Assembly: GCA_024281215.1 (NCBI GenBank)
Contig: JAMJTX010000134.1
Span: forward strand, 1,569-65,568
Length of the DNA: 64,000 bases
Direction: 5' to 3'
Source of the DNA: Candidatus Thiovulum karukerense
GTDB lineage: Bacteria; Campylobacterota; Campylobacteria; Campylobacterales; Thiovulaceae
The notes beneath the pieces were generated by a model. It had not been told where the DNA came from, did not search any database, and was given only the letters and a program-made list of their open reading frames with translations. A program made the translations under genes and the position numbers. This document shows positions 45,646-56,115 of this stretch, one piece after another (within the stretch, counting starts at the first letter, position 1; each line of letters starts with the position of its first letter).

Positions 45646-45873
45646 TTGAAAACCTTATATGATTTGAAACAGGACGAAAGGGCTGTTGTTTCAAATATAA
45701 AATCTGACCGTGAGCTAAAAGAGAGATTAACCTCATTTGGAGTTACTCGTGGTTCGGAGATTGTGATGAAACACTGCAATGCAAAGAGAAAAAATATAGA
45801 GATTGATATTGATGGTGTTTTTGTAGCTCTACGAGAAAAAGAGGCAAAAGCTATTGAGGTTGAGGTAGTTTAA
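45646..45873 (+). CDS. feoA: Ferrous iron transport protein A
   Basis: 75 aa, SH3-like FeoA pattern (L.DLK.DE.AVV..I......ERL.S.GV..G.EI), directly upstream of feoB. TTG start. Confidence 0.8.
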   Translation: MKTLYDLKQDERAVVSNIKSDRELKERLTSFGVTRGSEIVMKHCNAKRKNIEIDIDGVFVALREKEAKAIEVEVV

Positions 45874-47931
45874 ATGGTTAAGATTGCTGTTGTTGGACAA
45901 CCAAATGTCGGTAAGAGTATGCTTATCAATGCTATTAGTAATAGTCGCCTTAAAGTTGGGAACTTCTCTGGTGTAACAGTTGAGAAGAAAGAGGTTATCA
46001 CTAGTTTCAGAGGTGAAGAGTTAGATTTTATAGATCTGCCAGGTTCATACTCCCTTAAAGATTATACTCTTGATGAGAGAGTAACAAGCCATTTTCTAAA
46101 AGATGATAGTTATGACCTCATCGTTAATGTTGTAGATTCAACCCACCTTGAGAAGAATCTATATCTCACAACTCAACTCTTAGAGCTAAATAGAGATATG
46201 GTTCTTGTTCTCAATATGATTGATGAGGCAGAGGAGAAGAAGATTGATATTGATAGTGAGAAATTATCAGCTCTTCTCGGTATTCCTGTCATAAAAACAT
46301 CAGCAAGTCATAAGAGAGGTATAGATGAACTTCTTCAGACAATAGTTGAAGTAACAAAAAATGGAACTGAAAATAGGTTAGTCTATTCTGATTTTATTGA
46401 AGAGGAGATTATCAATATTGAGAATTTTCTCAATGAGAGAAATTTTCAAGATGGAGAGTTGTCAAATCGTCAGGTAGCTTTAGCACTTCTTCAAAACTCA
46501 GAGAAAATGTTTGAGAAACTCCACAACACTATTTTATGGGTGGAGTTAGCAAAGGTGTTACGAGAGGCTCTTGAACATATCTATATCCACTCTGGAGAGA
46601 AGGATATAGAGTCAATTTTTGGTGACGAACGAGTCTCAATTGCAAAGGGGCTTATTCGTGAGTGTCAATCTGCTCCGACAAGAGATATCAAAAAGAAGAG
46701 TTCAACAGAGAGAGTTGATGAGGTTCTCCTCCACAATATTTGGGGGTTACCTATATTTCTATTTCTGATATGGGGACTCTTTCAGCTCACATTTGAAGTT
46801 GGTTCTATTCCAATGGATTGGATTGATATTGGTGTAGCTATGTTTGGAGAGTTTGTTGGCTCAAATATAGATGATGAGTTTTTTCGCTCTCTGATTGTTG
46901 ATGGAATAATCTCTGGTGTTGGTGCTGTTCTTCTCTTCTTACCAAATATTCTCATTCTTTTTCTTGGAATAGCTCTTCTTGAGACAACAGGCTATATGAG
47001 TCGGGTCGCCTTTCTGCTTGATGGATTCTTTCATAAGTTTGGGCTTCATGGAAAATCGTTTATACCTCTTGTCACAGGGTTTGGCTGTTCGATCCCAGCA
47101 TATATGTCGGCACGAACTCTTAAAAATGAGAAAGATAGACTTATCACAATGTTTATCATTGGATTTATGAGCTGTGGGGCAAAACTACCTGTATATGTTC
47201 TATTTATCAGTGCATTCTTTCCAACAGAAGATGCAGGAAATATTCTTTTTGCTATCTATATTCTTGGAGCTATCTTTGGATTAATTGGGGCAAAGATATT
47301 AAGAGTGTTTGTATTTAAGGGTGATGATGAACCATTTGTTATGGAGCTTCCAACATATAGACTACCATCGTTATACCTGATCTGGCATACAGTATATACT
47401 CAAGCAATTATGTACCTTAAAAAGGCTGGGACATTTATTCTTGGTGCATCGATGGTAATCTGGTTTGCAAGTAACTTCCCTCAGCAGACAAAAAGTAGTG
47501 ATATGAGTGAAATAGAGTATCAAAAGATAGTTCTTGAAAATAGCTATCTTGGGGTGATTGGAAAAGCTACATCACCTCTATTTGAACCTTTAGGTTTTGA
47601 TTGGCAATTGACAGTTGCTCTTGAGACAGGAGTAGTTGCAAAAGAGGTAATCGTCGCTACACTCGGAGTGCTATACTCACTGGGTGATGAGATTGATGAG
47701 GAGTCAGAATCACTCTTAGAGAAGATTCGAGAGAATATACCAGTGGCAACAGCAGTGGCATTTATAATATTTGTAATGGTCTATATGCCTTGTTTTGCTG
47801 CCTCTATTGTATTTGTAAAAGAGAGTGGCAAAAATATCTACTTCCTCTATCTAGTACTATTTACAACTGTCTCAGCCTATCTTTTAAGTTTAATAGGTTA
47901 TACAGTTACAAAACTTGTAACTATGGAGTAG
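45874..47931 (+). CDS. feoB: Ferrous iron transporter B
   Basis: N-terminal G-domain (GQPNVGKS, DLPG, NMID) followed by a polytopic membrane domain. 685 aa. Confidence 0.95.
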   Translation: MVKIAVVGQPNVGKSMLINAISNSRLKVGNFSGVTVEKKEVITSFRGEELDFIDLPGSYSLKDYTLDERVTSHFLKDDSYDLIVNVVDSTHLEKNLYLTTQLLELNRDMVLVLNMIDEAEEKKIDIDSEKLSALLGIPVIKTSASHKRGIDELLQTIVEVTKNGTENRLVYSDFIEEEIINIENFLNERNFQDGELSNRQVALALLQNSEKMFEKLHNTILWVELAKVLREALEHIYIHSGEKDIESIFGDERVSIAKGLIRECQSAPTRDIKKKSSTERVDEVLLHNIWGLPIFLFLIWGLFQLTFEVGSIPMDWIDIGVAMFGEFVGSNIDDEFFRSLIVDGIISGVGAVLLFLPNILILFLGIALLETTGYMSRVAFLLDGFFHKFGLHGKSFIPLVTGFGCSIPAYMSARTLKNEKDRLITMFIIGFMSCGAKLPVYVLFISAFFPTEDAGNILFAIYILGAIFGLIGAKILRVFVFKGDDEPFVMELPTYRLPSLYLIWHTVYTQAIMYLKKAGTFILGASMVIWFASNFPQQTKSSDMSEIEYQKIVLENSYLGVIGKATSPLFEPLGFDWQLTVALETGVVAKEVIVATLGVLYSLGDEIDEESESLLEKIRENIPVATAVAFIIFVMVYMPCFAASIVFVKESGKNIYFLYLVLFTTVSAYLLSLIGYTVTKLVTME

Positions 47932-47934
47932 AGA

Positions 47935-49047
47935 TTGAACTGTAAATATTTCGGTCAGTGTAAAAGTTGTAATTTGCATGGTGAGTATAGTTGGCAATTC
48001 TCTGAAAAAGAGAGAGAGATTAGAGATGAGTTTGGAGATGTGTATAGTGGAGAGATAGATAGATTTTACTCTCCTGAACAGCACTATCGAGCAAGAGCTG
48101 AGTTTCGAATCTGGCATGATGATGGAAAAATATTCTATGCAATGAGTAGTGTTGAGAAGAGAAGTATCCTAAAAATCGATAGTTGCCCAATGGTTTTAGA
48201 GCCAATTGCAGAGATTATGCCAAGCTTGATAGAGGAGATTCAGAAAGAGAAGATTCTATCTGAAAAACTATTCTCAATTGAGTTTCTATCGAATCGAGCT
48301 GGAGAGATGGTAATTACTCTGATTTATCATAAAAAGCTCTCTGAAGAGTGGCGAGAGTCTGCTTCTAAATTTATTACTGATAAAATCTCAATTATTGGTA
48401 GAAGCCGAAAGCAGAAAGAGATTCTAGGTAGAGACTATATAGAGGAGAATCTAGATTTAAAAAATCGAAGCTACCGATTTAAACATCTTGAAAATAGCTT
48501 TTCGCAACCAAATCCTGCTGTTAACGAGAAGATGGTAGATTGGATCCTCAGTGAGTTACAATCTTCTGAAGATAGCAACCTCATCGAACTCTATTGTGGC
48601 TCAGGAAACTTTACAATTCCTCTAGCTTCAAAGTTCCATAGAGTTGTTGCAACAGAAGTCGCAAAGAGTGGAATTGCTACGGCAACAGAGAATATGGAGA
48701 GAAATGGAGTAACTAATATTGAGTTTGGACGAGTAAGCAGTGAGGAGTTTGTTCAAGCTATCGATGGTGTTCGACCATTTAACAGACTTCAACATATCAA
48801 CTTAAAAACTCTCTCTCTCGATACTATATTTGTTGATCCACCTCGGGCTGGACTCGATAGTGAAACTCTCAAGTTTGTATCAAGATTTAAGAATATTCTA
48901 TATATCTCCTGTAATCCAGAGACTCTGAAACGAGATTTAGAGATATTGCAGAAGAGCCACTCGGTTAATAGACTGGCTATGTTTGATCAGTTTCCATATA
49001 CACACCATATGGAGATGGGAGCTTCTCTTCAAAGGGTTGAGAATTGA
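47935..49047 (+). CDS. trmA: tRNA (uracil54-C5)-methyltransferase
   Basis: Collinear with E. coli TrmA: [68 protein letters not shown]. Confidence 0.9.
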   Translation: MNCKYFGQCKSCNLHGEYSWQFSEKEREIRDEFGDVYSGEIDRFYSPEQHYRARAEFRIWHDDGKIFYAMSSVEKRSILKIDSCPMVLEPIAEIMPSLIEEIQKEKILSEKLFSIEFLSNRAGEMVITLIYHKKLSEEWRESASKFITDKISIIGRSRKQKEILGRDYIEENLDLKNRSYRFKHLENSFSQPNPAVNEKMVDWILSELQSSEDSNLIELYCGSGNFTIPLASKFHRVVATEVAKSGIATATENMERNGVTNIEFGRVSSEEFVQAIDGVRPFNRLQHINLKTLSLDTIFVDPPRAGLDSETLKFVSRFKNILYISCNPETLKRDLEILQKSHSVNRLAMFDQFPYTHHMEMGASLQRVEN

Positions 49048-49928
49048 GTATTGAAGAGATAAAAAGAGAACGAGAGAAGTGGTTTTCTTGGAAAAATATT
49101 AAACCGCTTCGAGAGATGTTAGAGAGTCTTAAGATTGAATCAGGTGAGTTAAGTTTTCAAGATGGAGCTGTATCCCTCTCTCAAAAAGCTACTGATGAGG
49201 TAATTGAACTAGCCAAAGCATTAAAACCTTGGCGAAAAGGTCCTTTTAAAATTGGAGATATGTTTATCGACAGTGAGTGGCAGAGTCAAATTAAATACTC
49301 AATTATTGAGCCACACTTAGATATTGAGGGTGGAGTTGTTGGTGATATTGGTTGTAACAATGGATATTATATGTTCAGAATGTTAGAGAAGAGACCAAAA
49401 GAGATAATCGGTTTTGACCCATCGCCTCTATATAGAACTCAATTTGATTTTATCAATAAATTTATCCAGTCAGATATTCAATATGAGCTACTTGGAGTTG
49501 AACACATTGAGAGTTATGGAGTTGAGTTTGATACTCTTCTCTGTCTTGGAGTCCTATATCATCGAAGCGATCCTGTTGCAACTCTCAAATCATTACGAGC
49601 TGGACTTAAAAAAGGTGGAACTCTCATTTTGGATACTTTCTATATTGAGGGTGATGGAGATTATGCACTTGTTCCAGATGGAAAATACTCAAAAATTCCA
49701 AATATCTACTTTGTTCCAACAGTCTCAGCTCTTCATAACTGGTCAAAAAAAGCAAAATTCTCAGCATTTGAAGTTATTGGAGAGTTTCCAACAACAGTTG
49801 ATGAGCAGAGAAAGACTGAGTGGATTGATGGAGAGAGTCTTGGAGAGTTTCTAGATCCTAAAGATAGCTCTAAAACAGTTGAGGGGTATCCAGCACCAAG
49901 ACGAATATATGTAAAATTGAGCAGATAA
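49044..49928 (+). CDS. cmoB: tRNA U34 carboxymethyltransferase
   Basis: [33 protein letters not shown]. Overlaps the trmA stop by 4 nt. TTG start. Confidence 0.85.
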   Translation: MSIEEIKREREKWFSWKNIKPLREMLESLKIESGELSFQDGAVSLSQKATDEVIELAKALKPWRKGPFKIGDMFIDSEWQSQIKYSIIEPHLDIEGGVVGDIGCNNGYYMFRMLEKRPKEIIGFDPSPLYRTQFDFINKFIQSDIQYELLGVEHIESYGVEFDTLLCLGVLYHRSDPVATLKSLRAGLKKGGTLILDTFYIEGDGDYALVPDGKYSKIPNIYFVPTVSALHNWSKKAKFSAFEVIGEFPTTVDEQRKTEWIDGESLGEFLDPKDSSKTVEGYPAPRRIYVKLSR

Positions 49929-50073
49929 TCAACTGAAAAGCTATCTCCATATCTCTATTACAAGAGATTATAGTTTTGCTTTTTAGTGAGAATCAGCAGA
50001 CAATCAAATATGCTACAATTATGGCAGTATAGGGCTTTTAAAATAGAGTGTCATTATTAAAGAGGGAGATTGA

Positions 50074-50547
50074 GTGAAATATATTATAGCTACTGATCAT
50101 GCAGGGGTTGATGTTAAGAACTTTACAAAAGAGCTACTCCAGAAGATGGGGCATGAAGTTGAAGATTTAGGGCCATTCTCAACAGATAGAGTAGATTATC
50201 CAGATTATGCTGAAACACTCTCAAAAAGGGTCGTTGAAGTTGCTGGAGATGTAAGTGAAGAGAGTGACTGGAGAGAGAGTGGTGTCTTTGGAATTCTGAT
50301 CTGTGGAACTGGAATCGGAATGAGCATCACAGCCAATAAAGTCAATGGTGTTAGAGCTGGTCTCTGTCATGATGCCTACACATCAGCAATGGCAAGAGCT
50401 CACAATAATGCCAATGTTCTCTGTTTTGGTGCAAGAACTTCAGGTGAAGGGACAATTGAGTCTATGATAGAGGCTTGGGACAAAACTGCTTTTGAGGGTG
50501 GAAGACATCTTCAAAGAGTTAAGAAGATAAATCAGTTAGATAGATAG
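50074..50547 (+). CDS. rpiB: Ribose-5-phosphate isomerase B
   Basis: IATDHAGV, VDYPDYA, ILICGTGIGMSITANK, FEGGRHLQRV. Contains a ~10-aa acidic insertion. GTG start. Confidence 0.9.
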   Translation: MKYIIATDHAGVDVKNFTKELLQKMGHEVEDLGPFSTDRVDYPDYAETLSKRVVEVAGDVSEESDWRESGVFGILICGTGIGMSITANKVNGVRAGLCHDAYTSAMARAHNNANVLCFGARTSGEGTIESMIEAWDKTAFEGGRHLQRVKKINQLDR

Positions 50548-50551
50548 AGTT

Positions 50552-50884
50552 ATGTTTTTAGAGTGGTCACTATTAACTTTTGTAACAATAGTAGCTTCTT
50601 TTCTCTTTCTTCAAGTTCTCTTCTATAAAAATCTTTTTGAGAGAGAGCAGAAGGGGATTAAAGTGATGAAGACTACCCTTCGAGAGGCTGAAACATTGAT
50701 TAGAAAATATCAAGTTCAACTTCAAAGGTCTCTTGGAAATGTTGATCTGATGACCTCTGAGATGATGTCAATTAAGAGTGACTTAAAGGGTGTAAAACAG
50801 TCTCATGCTACTCTCAAATTTGAGAAAAAGAGATTAGAAGAGGAGTTAGCAACTCTTCAAAATAAGATAGATGCTTTAACATAG
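50552..50884 (+). CDS. Small membrane-anchored coiled-coil protein
   Basis: 110 aa with an N-terminal TM followed by a heptad-like helical region. Confidence 0.4.
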   Translation: MFLEWSLLTFVTIVASFLFLQVLFYKNLFEREQKGIKVMKTTLREAETLIRKYQVQLQRSLGNVDLMTSEMMSIKSDLKGVKQSHATLKFEKKRLEEELATLQNKIDALT

Positions 50885-50893
50885 GAGAATATA

Positions 50894-51637
50894 TTGAAAT
50901 TTAGTGGAAAGAATGTATTAGTTACAGGTTCAAGTCGAGGAATTGGTGCAGAGATTGCTCGAACACTCGCAGAGTATGGACTTAAAGTTTGGATCAGCTA
51001 TCGAAGTGGGGCTGATGAAGCAGATAAACTTCATAATGAACTTCAAGAGAGAGGACTTCAATCTGCTGTTATAGGATTTGATGTTAGCAATGAAGATGAG
51101 TTTATAGGGGCTATCAAGACAATTATTGATGCTGATGGTGAGTTGAGCTATTTAGTAAATAATGCTGGTATCACAAATGATAAACTTGCTATAAGAATGA
51201 AAGGTGAGGATTTTGACTCTGTTATTAGAGCAAACCTAAATTCAACATTCTATGGTTGTCGAGAGGCTCTAAAAGCTATGAATAAAAAGAGATTTGGTGC
51301 TGTTGTTAATATCTCATCGATTGTTGGTGAGACTGGAAATGCTGGACAGACAAACTACTCAGCTTCAAAAGGTGCAGTTATCTCAATGACAAAGAGTTTT
51401 GCGCTTGAGGGTTCAGCTCGTGGTATCCGATTCAATGCAATTACCCCAGGGTTTATTGAGACAGATATGACAGCCACTCTAAAAGATGAGATTAAAGATA
51501 GTTACATCTCAAATATTCCTTTAAAGAGATTTGGAAGCGGTCGAGAAGTTGCAGAAGCGACAGCTTTTCTTCTGAGTGATGGAGCTGGTTACATAACTGG
51601 TGAGACTCTAAAAGTTAATGGTGGATTAAGTATGTAA
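50894..51637 (+). CDS. fabG: 3-oxoacyl-ACP reductase
   Basis: VTGSSRGIG, NNAGIT, YSASKGA. TTG start with AGGAGA RBS. Confidence 0.9.
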   Translation: MKFSGKNVLVTGSSRGIGAEIARTLAEYGLKVWISYRSGADEADKLHNELQERGLQSAVIGFDVSNEDEFIGAIKTIIDADGELSYLVNNAGITNDKLAIRMKGEDFDSVIRANLNSTFYGCREALKAMNKKRFGAVVNISSIVGETGNAGQTNYSASKGAVISMTKSFALEGSARGIRFNAITPGFIETDMTATLKDEIKDSYISNIPLKRFGSGREVAEATAFLLSDGAGYITGETLKVNGGLSM

Positions 51638-51665
51638 CTTCTGTTACATATTTTAAAGGTTTAGT

Positions 51666-52166
51666 TTGAATAACAATTTAGATTCGTTACGAAATGAGTT
51701 TGAGCAGTTTGTTGCTGAGAAGTGTTCTACAAGTGAAGATGGGAGTTGTGAAACTGGTGAAGAGGAGATTCCTGAAGAGGAGTTACCCTATTTTACGGAG
51801 GAGCTATCTAAAAAGCTTTTAGCCCCAGAGTATTCTGGAGTTAATCTATCAAGAATTGATCTTAAAAGAATCAGTGATGAACTTGATGATAGTGTAGCAA
51901 TTCAGGATCGAAAGAGAATGCTGAAGGCGATTCTCAGACACAAACAGACAAAAGAGGAGCTAAAGAGCATTTTTGATATGGTTGAACTCCATATGAATGG
52001 TAGAGTTCTAATATATAGAGAGATAGCAGAAGCATATCCATCATCAGCTGATGTTATGAACTCATACATTGAGAAAGTGGATCGAATGAGACGAACTTTC
52101 AAGAGAATTATTGATGATTTTGAAGATATGAATCCAGAGGCTGAACCAATTCACTTTGATGACTAG
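51666..52166 (+). CDS. Acidic hypothetical protein
   Basis: 166-aa ORF with no recognised motif. Confidence 0.4.
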   Translation: MNNNLDSLRNEFEQFVAEKCSTSEDGSCETGEEEIPEEELPYFTEELSKKLLAPEYSGVNLSRIDLKRISDELDDSVAIQDRKRMLKAILRHKQTKEELKSIFDMVELHMNGRVLIYREIAEAYPSSADVMNSYIEKVDRMRRTFKRIIDDFEDMNPEAEPIHFDD

Positions 52167-52218
52167 CTCTGTGATAGATTTAAGGAGGTGCAGTCTCTAA
52201 AAATTTGACTGCCAAGAG

Positions 52219-53028
52219 ATGAAGTACGATACACTCTTCCCGATGAACAACCTGAAAAAGCTTAATCAGTTGGAAGCAGAGCAGTCGAGCAGAGCTGGAT
52301 TAATTAAGTATGGCTCAAAAGTTCCATTAACAATGGATATTTTAGAGAGATTAGATCCTCTGAGCTATCTTCTTCAAATGAATGGTAAAAAGGCTTTTGC
52401 TGAGAGTGAGAAGCTTCTTGAACCTGGGATGAAGTATTGGGGTGAAGCTACTCATAAAAGGGGAGAGAAGTTCGTTATTAAAAACCTTATCAAAGAACCG
52501 GCTTTTTTTCGTCAAGTTCAAGATAATGCTTTTGTTGATGCCAAAAAGGTTCTTGAGGCATTTTCAAGTAACTCAAAGACTCCATTTGAAGCAAAATTCA
52601 AACAAGAGATAATTTCTCAAATGGCAAATAGCTCTAGTCGAGAAGAGTTTATATTTCTAAATCAGCTTCTACTATCTATGGAGAATCAAGTTATCTCTAT
52701 TCCTATCACATATGAGGATCGTTCAGCTCTATTTCAATATAAGTATGGTCGTGAAAAGAAAAAAAAAGAGGAAGATGGAGTAAAGACTCTTGACTTTTAT
52801 GCCCTTTTTGAGACTCTTGGACCAATGAAAGGAAAGTTGATATATTATCAAGATGGTATCAGTGTAAATGTAGAGGTCAATTTTGAGGCTTCTAAAGAGT
52901 TTTTAATGAGAAATATTGTAACTAATAGTTCAATAAAGGATATGGAGATTGTTGTAAAAGTTGTTGAGAGTGAGATTCAACCACTATACTCCTTTACACA
53001 AAACAATCTTCTTGATCTTCGAACATAA
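52219..53028 (+). CDS. Hypothetical protein
   Basis: 269-aa ORF with no recognised motif. Confidence 0.4.
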   Translation: MKYDTLFPMNNLKKLNQLEAEQSSRAGLIKYGSKVPLTMDILERLDPLSYLLQMNGKKAFAESEKLLEPGMKYWGEATHKRGEKFVIKNLIKEPAFFRQVQDNAFVDAKKVLEAFSSNSKTPFEAKFKQEIISQMANSSSREEFIFLNQLLLSMENQVISIPITYEDRSALFQYKYGREKKKKEEDGVKTLDFYALFETLGPMKGKLIYYQDGISVNVEVNFEASKEFLMRNIVTNSSIKDMEIVVKVVESEIQPLYSFTQNNLLDLRT

Positions 53029-53096
53029 GTTTCAAATATTTTTAACAAAATAATTAATATAATTTTAAGATTTTTTAATAGGTATTGGGGAATAAC

Positions 53097-54533
53097 ATGA
53101 TTACTTGGATGCAGAATAATAAGAAGTATCTAATCGTTACACTTTGGATAAGTGCCATAGCATTTATCGGGGCAGGTTTTGTTGGTTGGGGTTCATACCA
53201 ATATGGTAGTAAGAGCCAATCGATAGCTAGAGTCGGTGAAGTCGATATTAAGATGTCTGAGCTTCAAATTACATATAGTAATCTTTATGGATACTATTCA
53301 CAGATGTTTGGTGGCAATTTTGACGAAGCGATGGCAAAACAGCTACGACTTGAAGAGAATGCTTTTAATATTCTTAAAAGAGAAGCTCTTATGATTAACC
53401 TCGCTAAAGAGTATGGTCTTCGAGTTTTAGATGAGGAAATTGCAGAAAACATCTTTAAAAATGAGAATTTCTTTAAAGAGGGTAAGTTTAATCGAGAACA
53501 GTATGAGTTAATTCTTAAAAATAGTCGTTTAACTCCAAAAGAGTATGAGGCTAGATTATCAAAAGTTATTCTTATCTCTAAGCTTAAAGAGTTACTAAAA
53601 ATATCTGTAACACCTTTTGAAGAGGAGGTGATTAGCTCAATAACAAAACTTCAAGATAAGTTAGAGATTAAGATCTTAACAGTTGGAGATGTTGAGGTGG
53701 AGGTATCTGAGAGTGATATTAGAGCCTCTTGGGAGCTTACAAAAAACAGCTATATGAGTGATGAGGTCTATAATGTCTCATATATAGAGACTCCTCTACT
53801 TGATAAAATCTACTCTGCAACAGAGATTGAAGAGTTCTACAATACTAATGCACTTGAGTATAGTGACTCGCTTGAAAAAGTTAAATCTCAAGTAATTGAA
53901 GATATGCTCAAAAAAGATAGTAAAAAAGATGCAATGAGAGACTATATCTCATTTAAAAAGGGTGAATTTAGCGGTGATGTATCATCAGACACTATTACAG
54001 CTGTAAACCTTCTCCTATCACCTGAAGATATGAATGAGTTAAAGACTCTTCAAACCGGTGATGTTATGAAACCTAAATACTCTAATGGCAGATATATCAC
54101 TGTTAAACTTGACTCTATTAAAGCTCCGGAAGTTGAGCCTTTTGAGAAAGTTTCACACCTTGTAAAAAGTAATCTTGAACTTCAGAAGAGAGAAGAGAAG
54201 CTTTTAGAGGTAGCAAAAGCTGAGTATCAAAACTTCTCTGGTGAGAAGACAGACTATTTAGATGTTACCGGTGTTGATAAGATTAAAGGTCTATTTCCAC
54301 AAGAGGCTAGTCAATTACTGAATACTATTTTCACACAATCTGTTGATGCTGGTTTTGTAAAACTTGGTTCTAAAGTTGCAATGTATAGAGTGCTTGAGCA
54401 GAAGATTAGTGATAGTAGCAGTGAAGATATTGACAAAGAGACGATCACAAATCTGAAAGAGCAGATTCTTGATAACAATTTAATTAAAAAATTGGAGTAT
54501 CATTACCCAGTTGAAACCTATTTTAAAGGATAA
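53097..54533 (+). CDS. Periplasmic chaperone / PpiD-SurA-like protein
   Basis: N-terminal anchor (KKYLIVTLWISAIAFIGAGF) and SurA_N-like region (SELQITYSNLYGYY.., LINLAKEYGLRV.DEEI). ATG at 53097 has a GGGGA RBS. TTG at 53085 is an alternative start. Confidence 0.55.
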   Translation: MITWMQNNKKYLIVTLWISAIAFIGAGFVGWGSYQYGSKSQSIARVGEVDIKMSELQITYSNLYGYYSQMFGGNFDEAMAKQLRLEENAFNILKREALMINLAKEYGLRVLDEEIAENIFKNENFFKEGKFNREQYELILKNSRLTPKEYEARLSKVILISKLKELLKISVTPFEEEVISSITKLQDKLEIKILTVGDVEVEVSESDIRASWELTKNSYMSDEVYNVSYIETPLLDKIYSATEIEEFYNTNALEYSDSLEKVKSQVIEDMLKKDSKKDAMRDYISFKKGEFSGDVSSDTITAVNLLLSPEDMNELKTLQTGDVMKPKYSNGRYITVKLDSIKAPEVEPFEKVSHLVKSNLELQKREEKLLEVAKAEYQNFSGEKTDYLDVTGVDKIKGLFPQEASQLLNTIFTQSVDAGFVKLGSKVAMYRVLEQKISDSSSEDIDKETITNLKEQILDNNLIKKLEYHYPVETYFKG

Positions 54534-54536
54534 ATT

Positions 54537-56102
54537 TTGGAGAGCAGTAAGAACATTTTAGCTATTGATGTAGGCTCAACAAAGGTATGTGCAATAATCG
54601 CCGAGGAGAAGGGTCATAGTGGCGATGTTAGAATTATTGGTGCTGGAGTTGAAAAGTCGCAGGGGTTGAAGAGAGGTTCAATCACAAACATTGATTTAGC
54701 ATCAAAATCTATCAAGAGTGCATTCGAAGATGCAAAAAGAGTTGCTGGAACATTTGAGACAGAGGCTATTGTATCTATATCTGGAGCTTATGCGAAGAGC
54801 ATTGACAGTACAGGTATTGTTAATGTTCCAAATGGTGAAATTGGTCTTGTTGAAATAGATAGAGTAATGCAGACAGCTAGATATAATGCCAATGTCCCGT
54901 CTGATTACGATATCCTCCATATTCTGCCATACAACTTTAAAGTTGATGAGCAAGATTTTGTAGAAGATCCCCTCGGAATGAATGCTTCAAGACTTGAAGC
55001 TTTTGTCCATATTATTGTTACTCCAAAATCAAACTACAATAACCTAAAAAGAGCAGTTGAGTCTGCTGGACTAAAAGTAAAAAACATTGTTCTAAATAGC
55101 TATGCCTCATATATTGCAACTGTTAATCATGACGAGAGAAGTCTCGGAGTTGGTGTTATTGATATGGGTGGTAATACAAGTAGTTTTGTTATCCAAGCAT
55201 CAGGTAATGCAATTAGACATAATGGATTTTTAGGTGTGGGTTCAAATCATATTACAAATGACCTTTCAATGGCTCTCCACACACCTGTCACGGTTGCTGA
55301 AAATGTAAAAACAACTTATGGTAATCTTAACTTTTATAGTGATGATCTAATTGAGTTGCCAGTTATTGGTGATGAGCATTCAACTCACGAAGTATCTTTA
55401 GATATAGTTGGTCAAGTTATACATGCCAGAGTTGCAGAGACTCTTGAATTGATAGCTCAACAGATTGATGCAAGTGGCTTACGACAAGATATTGGTGGTG
55501 GTTTTGTTTTGACTGGTGGTCTTACAAAGCTTGATGGTGTTCGAGAATTAGCTATGCAGATCTTTGATGCACCAATCAGACTAGCAAAACCTAAACATAT
55601 CAGCGGACTTTTTGAGAGTTTAAGAGACCCTGCTTTTTCCACATCAATAGGTCTTATTATGTACTCAACAGGACACTACTCTCTCTATGAGTTTGATTCA
55701 AATGGAAAGATGAGATACAACGAAGATAGTGTTGAGCAGAATCAGATTCCAAATCAGATATCTCTTGATAATATCTCTCCTCAATCATTTCAGAGAACTG
55801 TTCAGCAACAAAATCAAAGACCTGAACCAAGAAGAGAAGCTCCTCAATACAGCAATAACCAACAACAACCAAATATCGGTATGGGAGCTATTCCAACAAT
55901 GGGAATACCACCACAAGGTGGAGGTAACAATTCAAATAAACCACAAAAGGGTCCCCAGCAACAACAGCCTATTGGTGGTGAATTAAAACAGACAGACTAT
56001 TATGATCAGATGAAGGGAGGAAATGGGTTAAATCTCCAACCAGGCAAAAATCAAAATAGTGCGGTATCAAAGATGTGGCAGTGGGTCACACAGCTATTTT
56101 AA
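54537..56102 (+). CDS. ftsA: Cell division protein FtsA with extended Q/P/N-rich C-terminal linker
   Basis: ILAIDVGSTKVCAII, actin-like fold motifs (DMGGNTS, VLTGG), and a terminal amphipathic helix VSKMWQWVTQLF. TTG start. Confidence 0.9.
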   Translation: MESSKNILAIDVGSTKVCAIIAEEKGHSGDVRIIGAGVEKSQGLKRGSITNIDLASKSIKSAFEDAKRVAGTFETEAIVSISGAYAKSIDSTGIVNVPNGEIGLVEIDRVMQTARYNANVPSDYDILHILPYNFKVDEQDFVEDPLGMNASRLEAFVHIIVTPKSNYNNLKRAVESAGLKVKNIVLNSYASYIATVNHDERSLGVGVIDMGGNTSSFVIQASGNAIRHNGFLGVGSNHITNDLSMALHTPVTVAENVKTTYGNLNFYSDDLIELPVIGDEHSTHEVSLDIVGQVIHARVAETLELIAQQIDASGLRQDIGGGFVLTGGLTKLDGVRELAMQIFDAPIRLAKPKHISGLFESLRDPAFSTSIGLIMYSTGHYSLYEFDSNGKMRYNEDSVEQNQIPNQISLDNISPQSFQRTVQQQNQRPEPRREAPQYSNNQQQPNIGMGAIPTMGIPPQGGGNNSNKPQKGPQQQQPIGGELKQTDYYDQMKGGNGLNLQPGKNQNSAVSKMWQWVTQLF

Positions 56103-56115
56103 TTAGGAGAGACAG

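Noticed and set aside
45373-45779. ORFs 45373-45600 (+) and 45597-45779 (-) upstream of and overlapping feoA.
   Set aside because: They have no RBS and an implausible composition. The second is antisense to the well-supported feoA. They are treated as part of the non-coding region.
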